Source of the DNA: Malacoraja senta
Taxonomy: Eukaryota
Assembly (NCBI GenBank): GCA_038087875.1
Contig: CM075989.1
Span: 17,980,001-18,044,000, forward strand
DNA: 64,000 bases
Direction: 5' to 3'
Shown: positions 62,737 to 64,000 of the stretch, in pieces
Numbering within the stretch: position 1 is the first letter of the stretch
How the letters are laid out: each line of letters opens with the position of its first letter
Position numbers and translations under genes: made by a program
Notes under the pieces: generated by a model
What the model was told of the DNA's origin: nothing
Databases searched by the model: none
The model's input: the letters and a program-made list of their open reading frames with translations, nothing else

Positions 62737-63222
62737 GTCTATATATGTGTGTATATATATATGTGTGTGTGTGCTTGTGTCTATATGNNNNNNNNNNNNN
62801 NNNNNNNNNNNNNNNNNNNNNNNNNNNNNNNNNNNNNNNNNNNNNNNNNNNNNNNNNNNNNNNNNNNNNNNNNNNNNNNNNNNNNNNNNNNNNNNNNNNN
62901 NNNNNNNNNNNNNNNNNNNNNNNNNNNNNNNNNNNNNNNNNNNNNNNNNNNNNNNNNNNNNNNNNNNNNNNNNNNNNNNNNNNNNNNNNNNNNNNNNNNN
63001 NNNNNNNNNNNNNNNNNNNNNNNNNNNNNNNNNNNNNNNNTGTGTATGTGTCTATGTATATGTGTGTATGTGCCTATGTATACGTGTGTATGTATGTGTG
63101 TATATATATATATATGTGTGTGTGTGTGTATATGTGTATATATATGTGTGTGTATGTATATATGTGTGTATGTGTCTATGTATACGTGTGTTTGTATGTG
63201 TGTCTATACATGCACACGTACA
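62680..63222. repeat. (TG)n/(TA)n compound microsatellite spanning an assembly gap (N 62788-63040)
   Basis: Direct inspection. Confidence 0.95.
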
Positions 63223-63234
63223 CACAACAAACAA

Positions 63235-63450
63235 ATGAAGTCTGCATTAGTGGTGTTGAAGTGGAAATAGTTGAGAGCTTCAAGTTTAAATATCATTGAC
63301 AATTTATTCTGGCCCATCCACATTGAAGCTACGACCAAAAAAGAACACCAACGCCTCTACTTCCTCAGAGGACTAAAGAAGTTTGGCATCTCTCTAACAC
63401 CTCTTACCAACTACTACAGATGCCCTGTAGAAACCATTACTGCCGGGTTG
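63235..63450 (+). mobile_element. Rex1/Babar-type LINE fragment
   Basis: ISGVEVEIVESFKF..KKEHQRLYFLRGLKKFG..LTNYYRC.VE. Confidence 0.75.
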
Positions 63451-63499
63451 CATCACCGCGATGTCCCAGCCTCAATTCACAGCACTGCTGTTATTTTCT

Positions 63500-64000
63500 G
63501 ATATTCTTCAGTGAGTTGGAGGACACAATCGTGGAATTTGTAGATAACACAGAAGTTGGAAGTGTTGTATATAGTGAAGGAGACATGAATGGACCTGAGC
63601 AACATCCAAAGAAATGGTTTGCTACAAAGCCAATGAAATCTGATGCAGCATCGTGTCAGATGATACATTTGGTGGAAAGAAAGAGGAGAGGCAACACCTT
63701 TTGAATGGTGCAGTTACAAAGGTGAACAAAAAGTACGTGCGTGTTTGTGTAGAAATCTTTGAAGGTGTTGGGACAAGTTTAACAAAACAATTAAGAAAAG
63801 ATATAGAATACTGGACTTTATAAATAGAGGCACAAAGTACAAAATCCAGGAAGTCATATTAAACCTTTATAAAATCATTATTTAAGCCCCTCTGGAATAT
63901 TGCATCCATTTCTGACAGACATATTTAATGAAGCTTTTGAAAGGGTCAAGAAGGAACTCTAGATCAGTTCTGACTATGTTAAGGTCAAGGTTGAGTTAAT
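63500..64000 (+). mobile_element. Old CR1 RT fragment
   Basis: EFVDNTEVG (decayed KFADDTK.G) and LNLYK...LEYCIHF. Confidence 0.65.

Noticed and set aside
62647-63299. Cys/Val/Tyr-rich ORFs
   Set aside because: Translation of a microsatellite and a gap.

Overview
Eukaryotic, repeat-rich genomic DNA; the repeat families point to a cartilaginous fish, probably a skate or ray (inference). The only host gene I can support is the 5' end of SLC24A5 (NCKX5, 'golden') on the minus strand: coding exon 1 at 2401-2566 and exon 2 at 2074-2253. The rest of the gene lies left of the window. The remaining ~61 kb is upstream/intergenic DNA with two assembly gaps. It contains CR1 and Rex1/Babar-type LINE fragments, a Tx1 fragment, about 25 tRNA-headed HE1/V-SINE-like elements and several MITEs (PIF/Harbinger-, hAT- and Tigger-like). 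The most notable system is a Penelope-like retroelement (GIY-YIG endonuclease) whose 3' end carries a minimal type-I hammerhead ribozyme core (CTGAAGA-A-GGGT-ctcg-ACCC-GAAAC-GTC). This ~130-nt end module occurs about 30 times by eye count. It is often a self-contained fold-back insertion hinged at or near the ribozyme core and flanked by 13-18 bp target-site duplications. Several short patches copied from nearby DNA and a 365-bp homogenised palindrome are also visible. Nearly all other ORFs in the track are repeat-derived or spurious. Repeat boundaries are read by eye and are approximate unless a TSD or TIR is quoted.
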